Of a stretch of 64,000 nt of DNA, positions 40,133 through 50,880 are shown piece by piece. Source of the DNA: an uncultured Chloroflexia bacterium (GTDB lineage Bacteria > Chloroflexota > Dehalococcoidia > UBA2247 > RBG-13-53-26); NCBI GenBank assembly GCA_963720375.1, contig CAVRFM010000023.1:18179-82178 (forward strand), in the 5' to 3' direction. The notes under the pieces were generated by a model. It saw only the letters and a program-made list of their open reading frames with translations. It was not told where the DNA came from and did no database searches. The translations under genes were made by a program, and so were the position numbers. Position 1 is the stretch's first letter, and the number at the start of each line of letters is the position of its first letter.

Positions 40133-43100
40133 TCAGATTTTCTCTTCGCTGGATAACTCTACTGATAATCCTAGACTCTGTAGTTCGCGGACCAGAACGT
40201 TGAAGGATTCCGGCAGTCCTGGAGGATACACATCCTCACCCTTAGTAATAGCTTCATAGGCTTTAGCTCTTCCAGCGATATCGTCGGACTTGATGGTGAG
40301 AAGCTCTTGGAGGGTGTGGGCAGCTCCATAGGCTTCTAGTGCCCAGACCTCCATCTCGCCAAAGCGTTGCCCTCCGAATTGAGCCTTGCCTCCCAATGGC
40401 TGTTGTGTGATCAGTGTGTAAGGACCTGTTGAGCGAGCATGTATCTTATCCTCCACGAGGTGGATTAGCTTCATCATATAGACATATCCCACTGTTACAG
40501 GCTGATCAAATGGCCGGCCAGTGCGTCCGTCGTAAAGTATGGTTTTACCGTAGATTGGTGGAGAAACGGATCTTTCTTTAATCACCTTCTCTACCTGTTG
40601 TTGTATTTGTTTATCAGTGAGTCCTTCAGTTGAAACCCCCAGCTCTTTAAGCCAGAGGCGAAGGCATACCAGAGTAGCTTCGGAGGTGAGATCCTGGCTG
40701 AATACCTTATCGCCATCGAAGCCCTGAGTTTGAAGCCATGTTTTTGCCTTTTTAAGCCTCTCCTCGGGGTTAGGATCATCGTTGCTGGAATCAGCCTGGC
40801 GGATAATCCAAGCTCTTGCCAGGGCATTCTCAATCACCGCCGTATCAGCTCCCTCAAATACAGGGCAGTCGACTTTGAAACCAAGCTCGTGGGCGGCCCA
40901 GCCAAGGTGGGTCTCGAAAATCTGCCCCAAATTCATTCGAGAGGGTACTCCGATAGGGTTGAGGATGATATCAACGGGTGTGCCGTCGGGCAGGAAGGGC
41001 ATGTCTTCTTCGGGCAGTATACGAGCTATAACACCCTTATTACCATGCCTGCCGGCCAGTTTGTCTCCCTCTGAAGCCTTCCTCTTTTGGGCAATCCATA
41101 CTCTTACCAGCTTGCTGACTCCCTCCTGTAATTCATCACGGTTGGTAAAAATTCTTACCGCGATCACCAATCCCTTTTCACCGTGAGGTACCCGAAGAGA
41201 GGTGTCTTTTACTTCCCGGGCTTTCTCACCGAAGATGACTCTGAGGAGCTTCTCTTCGGCACTCAACTCGGTTTCTCCCTTGGGGGTGATCTTCCCTACC
41301 AGAATGTCTCCTGACTCAACGGTGGCACCGACTTGTATAATCCCGTCATCGTCGAGCTTGCGAAGACTCTCTTCACCCACATTGGGAATGTCCCTGGTAA
41401 TTTCCTCGGCACCTAGCTTGGTCTCTCTTGCTTCAACCTCATACCGTTCAATGTGGATTGAGGTAAATTTGTCGTCTTTGACCATCTTCTCTGAGATTAC
41501 AATCGCATCTTCGAAGTTGTATCCTTCCCAGCTCATGAAAGCACAAAGCAAATTTTGCCCCAGTGCCAGTATTCCCTTGTCAGTGGCTGAGCTGTCGGCT
41601 AGTACCTGACCCAAGTGAACCCTGGAGCCTTTGCTTACAATGGGATGTTGGTTGACACAGGTTCCTTGGTTAGTACGCATGAATTTCGTCAGGGGATAAA
41701 CATGTTCTTCGCCGCTATCACTTCTGACAACAATCTGTTTCCCAGTGGCAGAGACAACCTCACCGTCGCTGTCACTCAGGATCAACTGGCCACTATCTCG
41801 GGCCACTTGTTGCTCTATTCCTGTTCCTACTATCGGAGACTCAGAGCAAAGCAAAGGCACTGCCTGGCGCTCCATGTTTGATCCCATCAGCGCTCGGTTA
41901 GCATCATCATGTTCCAAGAAGGGAATTAGGGAGGCAGATATACCTACTATCTGTTTTGGGGAAACGTCCATAAGGTCGATGTTCTCAGGGGCCTCTGAAA
42001 AGAATCGTTCCCCTTTTCTCACCTCGATTTTGCTCTCGCTGAATTGGCCACCAGACCCGATGGGGGCATTGGCTTGGGCGATGACATAGTCCTCTTCTTT
42101 ATCAGCCGGAAGGTAGACAATCTGGTCAGATACGAAAGGCAGCACCTTCACATCTCTTGGTGATAGCTCGGAGACTTGCTCAGCAATCTTAGGGGTGATA
42201 CGCGCTCCCTTTTTAGCAATTTGATGGCCATCCTCGTCAGATATCGGCTCTCTGAGGGTTCTATTGAGCAACTCCTCTGGCGTATTTCTTACCTCTCGGA
42301 CTACTTTTCGATATGGAGTTGTTATGAAACCATATTCATCAATGGAGGCGTAGGTAGCCATGGAACTTATCAGGCCGATATTTGGCCCCTCAGGTGTCTC
42401 AATAGGACAAATCCTGCCGTAGTGAGAATGGTGAATATCACGGACCTCGAAGCCAGCCCGTTCTCTTGATAGTCCTCCGGGACCCAGTGTTGATAGACGA
42501 CGTTTATGGGTTAATTCCGCCAGAGGATTAGTCTGATCCATGAATTGACATAACTGGGAGCCACTAAAGAAGTCCCTTATTGCGGTATTTATAGGTCGTG
42601 TATTGATGAGGGCGTTTGGTGTAACAGTTTCAGGGTCAACGATGCTCATGCGTTCCTTTACCATTCGCTCTAGGTTCAGAAGGGCAATATGGAACTGGTT
42701 CTGAATTAGTTCACCGACGGTGCGCAGTCTTCGATTGCTCAAATGATCAATATCATCAGGTGCTTCCATGCCATTGTTGACCATGATGATGTGATGTACT
42801 ATGGCTACAAGGTCTTCTCGGGTGAGGGCAGAACTACTATGGTTATTCTCTAATGTCTCTTGCCCCAGCCTCTTGTTGAGCTTGTAACGGCCGACCTTGC
42901 CCAGATTGTAGTGTCTGGGGTTAAAGAACAGGTTGTTCAGTAAGGTCTTGGCATTGTCGATATTAGGGAGATCTCCGGGGCGCAGACGTCTGTGGATTTC
43001 GAGTATAGCCTCAGTTTCATTCTTGATAAAAGAGTCCTGTTTAGCGCTAGCTGCAATGAAGGAGTGGTCTGGATTTGTATCTACATCTTTGAATAGCTGG

Positions 43101-43741
43101 AGTAAATCCTCGGTACCGGCATAGCCTACAGCGCGCAGGATGGTGGTGACAGGAAATCGCCTCTTCCCGTTTACCTTCACCCATATTACATCCTTGGTAG
43201 TGGTTTCAAAATCGAGCCATGATCCATGCTCTGGTATTAGCTTTCCATAGCAGAGTTCACGCCCGCTTGTTATATCTGTCTCGCTAGTAAGGTAGAGGCC
43301 TGGAGAACGGATCAATTGGCTTACTACTACTCGCTCTGCCCCATTGATAATGAAGGTCCCGTTGGGGGTCATTAATGGTAGATCAATTATGAAGATATTC
43401 TGCTCTTTAACTTCTCCTGTCCCTTTAACTACCAACTGAACCTTGGCATAGAGTGGTGTGGCATAAGTCAGGTCACGTTCCCGGCAATCCAATATCGAAT
43501 TCTTTGGCGGTCCGAACTCACAGTTGAGGAAACGCAATTCAAGCCGTGCACCAGTCAGGTCTTGGATAGTCAGGTCCTGGAAAAGCTCTCTCAGTCCCTC
43601 CTCCTGGAACCTGCGGAAGGAGTTGAACTGTACTTGAATAAGGTTGGGTATTTCTAATACTGGTGAAGTTCTGGCGAATGATTTTCTGGCGACGCTTTGT
43701 GTCTGAGAAACAAGATTAGTAGAAGTCAAAGCTTTGTACAC
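40133..43741 (-). CDS. rpoB: DNA-directed RNA polymerase subunit beta
   Basis: 1202 aa. Conserved beta-subunit blocks. Immediately upstream of rpoC. Confidence 0.95.
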   Translation of the reverse strand: MYKALTSTNLVSQTQSVARKSFARTSPVLEIPNLIQVQFNSFRRFQEEGLRELFQDLTIQDLTGARLELRFLNCEFGPPKNSILDCRERDLTYATPLYAKVQLVVKGTGEVKEQNIFIIDLPLMTPNGTFIINGAERVVVSQLIRSPGLYLTSETDITSGRELCYGKLIPEHGSWLDFETTTKDVIWVKVNGKRRFPVTTILRAVGYAGTEDLLQLFKDVDTNPDHSFIAASAKQDSFIKNETEAILEIHRRLRPGDLPNIDNAKTLLNNLFFNPRHYNLGKVGRYKLNKRLGQETLENNHSSSALTREDLVAIVHHIIMVNNGMEAPDDIDHLSNRRLRTVGELIQNQFHIALLNLERMVKERMSIVDPETVTPNALINTRPINTAIRDFFSGSQLCQFMDQTNPLAELTHKRRLSTLGPGGLSRERAGFEVRDIHHSHYGRICPIETPEGPNIGLISSMATYASIDEYGFITTPYRKVVREVRNTPEELLNRTLREPISDEDGHQIAKKGARITPKIAEQVSELSPRDVKVLPFVSDQIVYLPADKEEDYVIAQANAPIGSGGQFSESKIEVRKGERFFSEAPENIDLMDVSPKQIVGISASLIPFLEHDDANRALMGSNMERQAVPLLCSESPIVGTGIEQQVARDSGQLILSDSDGEVVSATGKQIVVRSDSGEEHVYPLTKFMRTNQGTCVNQHPIVSKGSRVHLGQVLADSSATDKGILALGQNLLCAFMSWEGYNFEDAIVISEKMVKDDKFTSIHIERYEVEARETKLGAEEITRDIPNVGEESLRKLDDDGIIQVGATVESGDILVGKITPKGETELSAEEKLLRVIFGEKAREVKDTSLRVPHGEKGLVIAVRIFTNRDELQEGVSKLVRVWIAQKRKASEGDKLAGRHGNKGVIARILPEEDMPFLPDGTPVDIILNPIGVPSRMNLGQIFETHLGWAAHELGFKVDCPVFEGADTAVIENALARAWIIRQADSSNDDPNPEERLKKAKTWLQTQGFDGDKVFSQDLTSEATLVCLRLWLKELGVSTEGLTDKQIQQQVEKVIKERSVSPPIYGKTILYDGRTGRPFDQPVTVGYVYMMKLIHLVEDKIHARSTGPYTLITQQPLGGKAQFGGQRFGEMEVWALEAYGAAHTLQELLTIKSDDIAGRAKAYEAITKGEDVYPPGLPESFNVLVRELQSLGLSVELSSEEKI

Positions 43742-43993
43742 ACTCCTTTGCTGGCTTTAATGGGCATAGTGTGCCTCACAGTAACAAATCAAAACAAAAC
43801 AGGACACACCTATACCAAGATGGGAACACTTAATGAGGAACAATATTGCATAGAATGCAAATGCAAAAGGTTAGTATAGCGTACTATATAATCTGTGTCA
43901 AGTGGCTTTTGTGCTGGAATTTATAGAAATGTGGGTTATGGATAACTTCCGTTGAAACATCGGCATCTGTGTTGGAGATAGCGTTCACCGAAA

Positions 43994-44032
43994 GTAATGA
44001 AGGCCTGCGATTTAACCACAAGCCTTCATTAC
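43994..44032 (-). terminator. 11-bp perfect-stem hairpin downstream of hybB (GTAATGAAGGC-N17-GCCTTCATTAC)
   Basis: Seen directly. Followed by TTTCGG in minus sense. Lies between the hydrogenase operon and the rpoB leader. Confidence 0.45.
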
Positions 44033-44056
44033 TTGCTCTAGTTAATGTCTATTGGG

Positions 44057-45247
44057 CTACGATGCATCGGCCTTGGTTGTAGCAGTTTCATCTGACTTGT
44101 GCTCTGCGGACTCTTCATGATGCTCGGCGATGGGCAGGAACCTGTTGGCCAGCATGAAGACTAAAATGCCGCCCGACACGATACCGATTGACACGGCGAA
44201 CTCGCCGAAGCTGGGGAAGTAGGAATAACCCGGACGTATCGCCAGTTGCAGCAGGCTAGAATTGAAGCGGTTGAACACCAAGCCGCCGATGACGAAGATG
44301 GAACTGATGAACAGGCCTTTCCGGCTCTGCTGGATCTTGGGTATGGAGAATAGGATGATGGGCACCACGACGCCAAGGATAACCTCAGCGAACCAAATAA
44401 GGTTTTGTGGATATTCAGTGCCCAGGGCCTTCAACTCATTAAAATGAGGCCAGCCGGCGAATACAATGTCGCCGACTTTCAGCACCAGGTAGAGTGCCAA
44501 GGGGTAGCGAAGTATCTTGCCCAAGCCGCTCAAGACCTCCAGTCCTATCTGGTGGTGGAAAGCCTTGCCGCTGAGGGTGGACTCGAAGATGACCATAGCT
44601 GGCCCCACGGCTACTGCGGAGACGAAGAACAGCAGGGGCATTATTGGCGTGTACCACAGGTGGTTGAGAGTGTTACCCATTATGAGCATCATGGATCCCA
44701 ACGAGTTCTGATGGCCGGTGGAGATGACGATGCCGGCGATGACCAAAGGGATCTGTATCATGCGGATGAACTTCAGGGGGATGCTCCAGTGGAGCTTCTC
44801 GAAGACTGCCGGGCTGATTTCCAATGCCAGCACAGCGGTGTACAGCATGACGCACCAGCCCACTTCATATAGTGGAGAGTGGATATTCGGATTGAAGATC
44901 ATCTTCCAGATGTACCAGGGTTGTCCGAGGTCAACCAGCAGAGCGAAGACGACCAGCAGATATCCCAGGAAGGCGGTTAGGATGGCTGGTCTCACCACCG
45001 GATGGTACTTCTCCATATGGAAGATGTAGACGATGGCTGCCAGGGTGAATCCGCCTGCTGCCAGCGCCACACCGCAGTAGAGGTCGAAGCTGATCCATAG
45101 GCCCCAGCCGCGGCCATCACTCATGTTGGTCATGGCCCCAAGTCCCATGCCGTAGCGGACCACTGCCGTTGCCAGGAAGATGACCACCAGGAGGGCCAGG
45201 AAGAGGGTGCCGACGGGTAGTCTGCGTTCTTTCTGTTGCGTTGTCAT
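44057..45247 (-). CDS. hybB: hydrogenase membrane-anchor subunit, NrfD/HybB family
   Basis: 396 aa, polytopic hydrophobic protein. Sits at the operon position of hydrogenase cytochrome-b-less membrane subunits. Confidence 0.6.
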   Translation of the reverse strand: MTTQQKERRLPVGTLFLALLVVIFLATAVVRYGMGLGAMTNMSDGRGWGLWISFDLYCGVALAAGGFTLAAIVYIFHMEKYHPVVRPAILTAFLGYLLVVFALLVDLGQPWYIWKMIFNPNIHSPLYEVGWCVMLYTAVLALEISPAVFEKLHWSIPLKFIRMIQIPLVIAGIVISTGHQNSLGSMMLIMGNTLNHLWYTPIMPLLFFVSAVAVGPAMVIFESTLSGKAFHHQIGLEVLSGLGKILRYPLALYLVLKVGDIVFAGWPHFNELKALGTEYPQNLIWFAEVILGVVVPIILFSIPKIQQSRKGLFISSIFVIGGLVFNRFNSSLLQLAIRPGYSYFPSFGEFAVSIGIVSGGILVFMLANRFLPIAEHHEESAEHKSDETATTKADAS

Positions 45248-45251
45248 CTCG

Positions 45252-46206
45252 TCAACCCTCCTTCTTCTCTTCTTGCTTGGTGGCGGCCAGTTTTTGGCGG
45301 CGCTTGGTGTACCAATAGGCGCCGGCCATAAGGATTATCACCCCCCCGGCGTAGAAAGGCAGTGTGCCCATAGCCTTTCTGGCATTCTTTGGCGCTGCTT
45401 CATCGCTGACCTGAGCGAAATGCAACTCTTCGAAGGAAACTGGAGAGATGTATATCCAGGCTGTGCCACCTACCTCTTCCTCTCCATATACGTGATCGTA
45501 ATACAGTTGCGGCTGAGCCGCGATTCGGCTGTGTGCCTCATTAATGAGGTCATTGCGATTACCGAATTTAAGTGCTCCTGATGGGCATGTCCCGGTGCAG
45601 GCTGGTTGGAGATTCTGGGCCTGTCTATCGGCGCAGAAGGTGCACTTCCTAATCCATGGTGATGCCTTCTCCCATTGATAGGTCGGAATGCCAAAGGGAC
45701 AAGCCGACATGCAATAGCGACAGCCGATGCATTTGTTTTGGATGTATACTACCGGCCCGTCTTCATGTTTTCTCAAGGCGCCGACTATGCAGGCCCCGGC
45801 GCAGGCTGGCTCATTACAGTGCATGCACTGCCGTTTCCAGTAGACGAAGTCTTGATCTGGCTGGTCAACCTCCACTGTGTTTATCGTAGTGAATGTGTTG
45901 CTGTCCAACCCCGGCGGGTTGTGCTGGTTAGTCCCTCTATCGGGAATGGTTGACATCTGGTAGCTGGTTCCACTGCTTACAGGCTATTACGCAAGCTCTG
46001 CACCCAACACACTTGGTTATGTCGACCAACACCCCGTGGCCGTTCTCTCCATTGGTACTGGAGCTATGCTGCTTCAGGGAGCCATCGTTCTGATCAGAGG
46101 CCACACCTGAAACTGGTAGCCCGATGAAGGATCTTCTGGTCAGCTCCACTTGATCGCTCCTTTCTGATAGCCGCAGAGCCACAAGCAAACAGAGGCGATT
46201 CGCCAA
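45252..46206 (-). CDS. hybA: hydrogenase 4Fe-4S ferredoxin-type subunit (HybA-like), apparent +1 frameshift at ~45940-45960
   Basis: ORFs 45937..46206 (Tat-like RRSFIGLP, CVGCRAC) and 45252..45956 (CMHCNEPAC, CIGCRYC, CTFC, C-terminal TM helix) overlap in different frames. Confidence 0.6.
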
Positions 46207-46250
46207 CTTTGGCCAGGAATGAATGCTCGGTCAACGGTCATCATTGTTAT

Positions 46251-46781
46251 CTAAACACCAGCAGTTGACGGGGCTGACACCCCCAGTTCGCTAAGTACGA
46301 GTTCAATCACTCGCGGTATCATTGACTTCACTTTAGGTGTAAGTTCCAATCCCCAGCCCAATTCCTCAGGCTCTATGCCATAAAAGACCACGCTCTGTGG
46401 GGCATGGCCCAGGTACTCCACATGAGTTAAGGCATCTAACACACCAAGCTGGTGCAACGAAGTGATGATTTCCTTGTGGACGCTGATGTCACCTGGGGTG
46501 AATCGGTAGAGTGTTCCCGGCTCATGGTCAGCTTTGACGGCGTCGATGATAATGACCTTGTCGCGATCCCTGAGAATATCAAGGAGAGCCATAGATGCCG
46601 TGCCACCGTCGAGAACTTCCACGTTGTCCGGCATCTTCATCTGCTCCATAGCCTCCACAACCCGAACCCCTACCCCCTCATCGCTGAGGAGGATATTGCC
46701 CACACCCAGAACAAGCATAGGGGCACGGGTGGTTTTGTCTTTCTCTCCTTGTCTCATCGCTACGTTTGGCATCATCAGCAA
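46251..46781 (-). CDS. hupD: hydrogenase maturation endopeptidase (HyaD/HybD/HupD family)
   Basis: LVLGVGNILLSDEGVG N-terminal signature. 176 aa. Confidence 0.75.
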   Translation of the reverse strand: MLMMPNVAMRQGEKDKTTRAPMLVLGVGNILLSDEGVGVRVVEAMEQMKMPDNVEVLDGGTASMALLDILRDRDKVIIIDAVKADHEPGTLYRFTPGDISVHKEIITSLHQLGVLDALTHVEYLGHAPQSVVFYGIEPEELGWGLELTPKVKSMIPRVIELVLSELGVSAPSTAGV

Positions 46782-46792
46782 CCGCCTATCCC

Positions 46793-48377
46793 TTAGATTA
46801 CGCGGAACCTGCCTATCTCAGTACCCTTGGGCGTGACCAGATGGATGGCGCAAGCCAAACAGGGGTCAAAGGCACGTATTATCCGCACGATCTCAAACGG
46901 GTTCGCCTCGTCTTTGACCGTGGTGCCGATGATGGCCTGCTCCGCAGGGCCTGGCACGTCGTTGTCATCCTTGGGTGAGAAATTCCAGGTGCTGGGGACG
47001 ACGCACTGGTAATTCTCAATTGCGTGGTTCTTGACGCTTATCCAATGTCCCAGCGCTCCGCGCGGTGCATCCCAGAGTCCCATCCCTTCGCCGTTATCCT
47101 CCAAATCACGCCTGTAATCCAGGTATGTTGGCTCATTCGGATTCAATGTAAGCACCCAGTTTGCCATGTTATCGGCAACAATCTTGCACTCGAGCGCACG
47201 GGCTGCATGCCTGCCAAGGACACTGAACAGTGCATCGGCACCAGCACCGAAATAGCTCAGTACACCATCCACGGCTGCCTTGACAGTGGGATCGCCCGCT
47301 ACGTAGCTCACGACCATACGGGCGAGTGGTCCTACCTCATATGGCATGCCTCCGTATCGAGGCGCCTTTACCCAGCTATAGGCTCCCGACTTGTTGTGGT
47401 CCGGGTCGGTTTGGCCCACGCCGGGATATAGCCCAGATGGGCTGCTATACCAACTGTACTTCACCTGCTCAGTAATCTGCTTAGCATCAATGGCTCCCAA
47501 ATTTGTGAGGTCCGTGAGCGAAACCCTTCCCTGCGTAAACAGTCTCTTCCGCTTTGTCAGGTCGGTCTCATCGGTCTCCAAATCGAAGACGCCGTAAGTC
47601 ATGAGATTACCACAGCCCTTGCCGATACCGAAGTAATCGGAGTAGACCCCGGCCACTGCCAGAACATCGGGGATATAGACATTGTCAATGAACTGGCGCA
47701 GTTGATTCAGCTTCCACAGGAAATTGGTCATCCTGTCGGTTGTGGCGTTCTCAGTGGCACCGCCGGGGACGATGCCAACGTTGTGCGGCATCCTGCCGCT
47801 GAAAATGGCGGACATCTCGTGAGCCAGACGGCGCATGTCCAGCGCCTGCACGTAGTGAGCCACGGCCTGCTGGTTCACATCAGGTGGACAGGCGGTAGTC
47901 ACCTTCATAGCGAGGGAAGAAGGGCCCTAGCTTAGCCGTATCCGTGCCGGCTCGCTCGATGAAGTTGCTGACCGAGATAAGGGCAGGATCATTGCCCGTA
48001 TATCCGGCGGCTGCCGTGACATCGACGTAGTCCAGAGCCGTGAGGTGGTAGAAGTGAAGAATATGAGACTGTATATAGTTCGCACCCTGGATCAAGTTGC
48101 GAATTATGCGGCCATTGTCCGGTATCTGATCAGCGATACCGAAGGCGCTGTCGAGGCATAGCGCTGAAGCCAGCGCATGGGCCGTCGGTCAAACCCCGCA
48201 GATGCGCTGCACCAGAAATTGAGCATCAAAGGGTTCTCGCCCCTTCAGGATGGTCTCGATACCCCTGAAGAGCATGCCAACACTTTTGGCGTCTTTGACC
48301 ACACCACCCTCAACCGTCACCTCTATCTTCAGGTGGCCCTCTATACGAGTTACCGGGTCAATAACAATCGTTCCCAT
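46793..48377 (-). CDS. hupL: [NiFe] hydrogenase large subunit, interrupted by in-frame TGA (48189..48191) and a +1 frameshift (~47888)
   Basis: N-terminal RIEGH...RICGV-TGA-PTAHALAS. Middle block NGRIIRN... C-terminal DPCLACAIH. Three track ORFs; the first two are in the same frame, separated only by TGA. Confidence 0.75.
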
Positions 48378-48474
48378 AGATCACTCCTTCTTCGCGATTC
48401 GTGATTTGTGAAGCTTTGTGCAGTGGAGCAGGGCCTTATTTCACCTTCCTCGCGTCAGTCCTGCCAAATGCTCC

Positions 48475-49671
48475 CTATTGCTCCTTTTTCTCCTCTTGGC
48501 TTTCGGGCGTGCCCTCAGAGGAACCCTTGGCCTTGTTGGCCACGTACAGGCCGCCTCCTACTACTGCAGCGCCTACTGCAGCGCCAACGACTCCACCCAC
48601 AACTCCAGCCACGACGGGGTTGAATCCTTTCTTCTCCTCGGTTTGCACTTGCAGCGCCTCCACTTCCCAACTTGCGGGCTCTCGTCTGATCGAAGCTGAA
48701 CCTTCAGGCAAGTAGCCGGCGAAATCCGGGAAGGTGGGTTCGGCGCAGCCATGGCAGAGGCTGTTGGCTCCGACGCACCAGTTAGTGCCGCTGTTCCACA
48801 GCCTCTTGGGGCAATCGGCGTGGGTTACCGGCCCCTTGCACCCCAACTGGTACATGCAGTAGGGATCAGAGAACTTCTTGGAGAACTGGCCTCTCTCGAA
48901 ATAGCTGTATCGTGGGCAGTTGTGGTGAATGAGCTCTCCGTAGAACATAGTTGGTCGGCCTTGGTCATCCAGGTTGAGCGCTGCCAATCCCCCTATAAGG
49001 TATGTAGCTACTGTGCCAACAAACCAGTCGGGATGAGGCGGACAGCCGGGGACATTGACGACTGGGGTAGTGATCCCTGCATCAGAGAATACTTTCCGGG
49101 CGCTCACGCAGCCAGAAGGATTGGGCTTGGCGGCGGCGATGCCACCACCGACAGCACAAGTCCCTAGAGCGATGACTGCCATGGCATCTGCACCCAGGGT
49201 CTGCACCCAGTGCAGGCCAGTCACATCATTGCCGTTGCTGTCTTGCCCGAATTCGCAGTAGATGCCATCATCTTTGGTTGAGATGCCACCTTCCACCACT
49301 AGAACATAGCCACCTTTGTTTTCGGCGGTGTCCGTCAGTGCCTTAATGGCTTGGTCTCCTGCTGCTGCCATGATGGTAGCGTGATAGCGTAGACTGAGGT
49401 GGTCGCCCGGCACAACCTCGTCTACAAGGACATTCTGAATTCTGGGGCTGAGAGAGTTGAGGACTGACACCGAGCATCCAGTACAGGTGCCGGTCTGTAT
49501 CCAGACTACTGGCACCTCGATCGTAGCGCTGGCGTCAGCAGCCCGAGCTACTCCATTTCTCCCCTTAAGATTAGGGATACTAACGTAAAGCAGGCTCACT
49601 GCCAGCGCAGAACCTCCGGCAACTTTCAGAAAATCGCGGCGTGACCATTCTTTAGTATTTGCCATCATCAA
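48475..49671 (-). CDS. hupS: [NiFe] hydrogenase small subunit with Tat signal and C-terminal membrane anchor
   Basis: SRRDFLK twin-arginine motif. CTGCS and GCPP Fe-S blocks. C-terminal hydrophobic VVAGVVGGVVGAAVGAAVVGG. Confidence 0.85.
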   Translation of the reverse strand: MMMANTKEWSRRDFLKVAGGSALAVSLLYVSIPNLKGRNGVARAADASATIEVPVVWIQTGTCTGCSVSVLNSLSPRIQNVLVDEVVPGDHLSLRYHATIMAAAGDQAIKALTDTAENKGGYVLVVEGGISTKDDGIYCEFGQDSNGNDVTGLHWVQTLGADAMAVIALGTCAVGGGIAAAKPNPSGCVSARKVFSDAGITTPVVNVPGCPPHPDWFVGTVATYLIGGLAALNLDDQGRPTMFYGELIHHNCPRYSYFERGQFSKKFSDPYCMYQLGCKGPVTHADCPKRLWNSGTNWCVGANSLCHGCAEPTFPDFAGYLPEGSASIRREPASWEVEALQVQTEEKKGFNPVVAGVVGGVVGAAVGAAVVGGGLYVANKAKGSSEGTPESQEEKKEQ

Positions 49672-49959
49672 CCCTCATCTGTAAAAATTTGACCCTGAGA
49701 CAAACACATTGTCAGTAGTTTACCAAAATCGCGTTTTTCGGTGCAAACGATTGTACTCGTCCATTACACATAGGGTAGTTAGGGAGATAGAGGCATCTCC
49801 GGGGAGACTGTCGCCTAGCCATTGCTGGCAGTTCGGGCAGAGCACCCGAAGCCACAACAGCAACCACGGCTGTTCCCGATAGCTTCAGGAAGTCTCTGGG
49901 GTCTAGTTCCACGGGTCGTCCTTCTTTCTCTGGGTTATAGGGTCGTAATCAAGTACCAA

Positions 49960-49993
49960 AAAGGGCAATTCAATGTTTGTCGAATTGCCCTTT
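49960..49993. promoter_or_regulatory. perfect 12-bp palindrome AAAGGGCAATTC-N10-GAATTGCCCTTT
   Basis: Seen directly, about 290 bp upstream of the hupS start. T-runs on both sides. Either a bidirectional terminator or an operator. Confidence 0.4.
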
Positions 49994-50323
49994 CTTACCC
50001 GCTCCGGTGTCCTTGTCATGCCGTCTTTGCTATTTTCCCCATCCAGTTCCGAAGGCCACCACCTCAGATGCGTTTATCTACGCTGCTTTACACAAATACT
50101 TTGTGTTTTGTGTATCGAATATATTGTATCAGGTCGCCTTTTCGGAAGCAAACAAAGCCAGTAGTATGCTGGATGAACTGCATTGAATGTCCTTTGGGTT
50201 GCAGGCGATTTTGTGGCTGGTTTGGTTACCTTACGGAGGATGATTAAGAGCAGGGGGCTGAAGTCTCCTCTGATCCCGAAGTCCCTGGTCTGAATTACAG
50301 TGTCAATCGACTTACGCTGTATT

Positions 50324-50734
50324 TTAGGGGGATGGTTTATTTTGTGCGTGGTCTTGTGGCGACTGTAGATACTCAGTGCCCCATATCTCTATCTGAGCAC
50401 CGGGGTGTTGCTGCTGCAAAGACTGTCTGATGTTGTTGCGGTCATTCTCATCCTGGATTATTTCTACTTTGGAAACGGGTTGTGCGGTCCCCTTGCCACG
50501 TATGTGTCTCCTGACCAGATAGCCTGGCACCTGAATGTAACCCCAGTTTGCTCCGGCACCACAGCATGGCCTTTCCAGACGGGCGTAACCTAGTATGTAG
50601 ATGACCTCTCGCCCATTATGAGTTAAGGTATGTTCTTCTATAGGAATGTAGTAGCCGGCACGGCCCTGCACGTCCTCACCTAATTCGGGATGGATAAACT
50701 CTATTACCATATCTTGTTTTCGAGCCCGTGCCAT
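50324..50734 (-). CDS. hypothetical protein
   Basis: 136-aa ORF, no recognisable motif. Confidence 0.35.
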   Translation of the reverse strand: MARARKQDMVIEFIHPELGEDVQGRAGYYIPIEEHTLTHNGREVIYILGYARLERPCCGAGANWGYIQVPGYLVRRHIRGKGTAQPVSKVEIIQDENDRNNIRQSLQQQHPGAQIEIWGTEYLQSPQDHAQNKPSP

Positions 50735-50880
50735 GGCTTTATTATAACACCCGGTGCCCCACAGGGGGCATCGTCTTCAGGAGCTTCCTGGGCCCTTATC
50801 GGTTTCTGCGGTGAACAGCTTTCCTTTGGATACTGTAATGGGTGAGGACAGACCGAATTTGATGTCGGTGCTGGCTTGGT

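Noticed and set aside
36349-43124. Numerous 60-135-aa plus-strand ORFs across rpoC/rpoB
   Set aside because: All antisense to rpoB/rpoC. Typical frame noise in long GC-biased genes.
47870-47915. prfB-like programmed +1 frameshift in hupL
   Set aside because: Kept only as a low-interest note. The SD-like spacer (13 nt) is wrong for +1 stimulation, the gene has a second lesion, and three other genes show the same type of 1-nt offset. An artefact is more parsimonious.
48401-48715. Pro/Thr/Ala-rich small ORFs opposite the hupS 3' end
   Set aside because: Antisense to the Gly/Ala/Val-rich membrane anchor of HupS. Repetitive composition explains the open frames.
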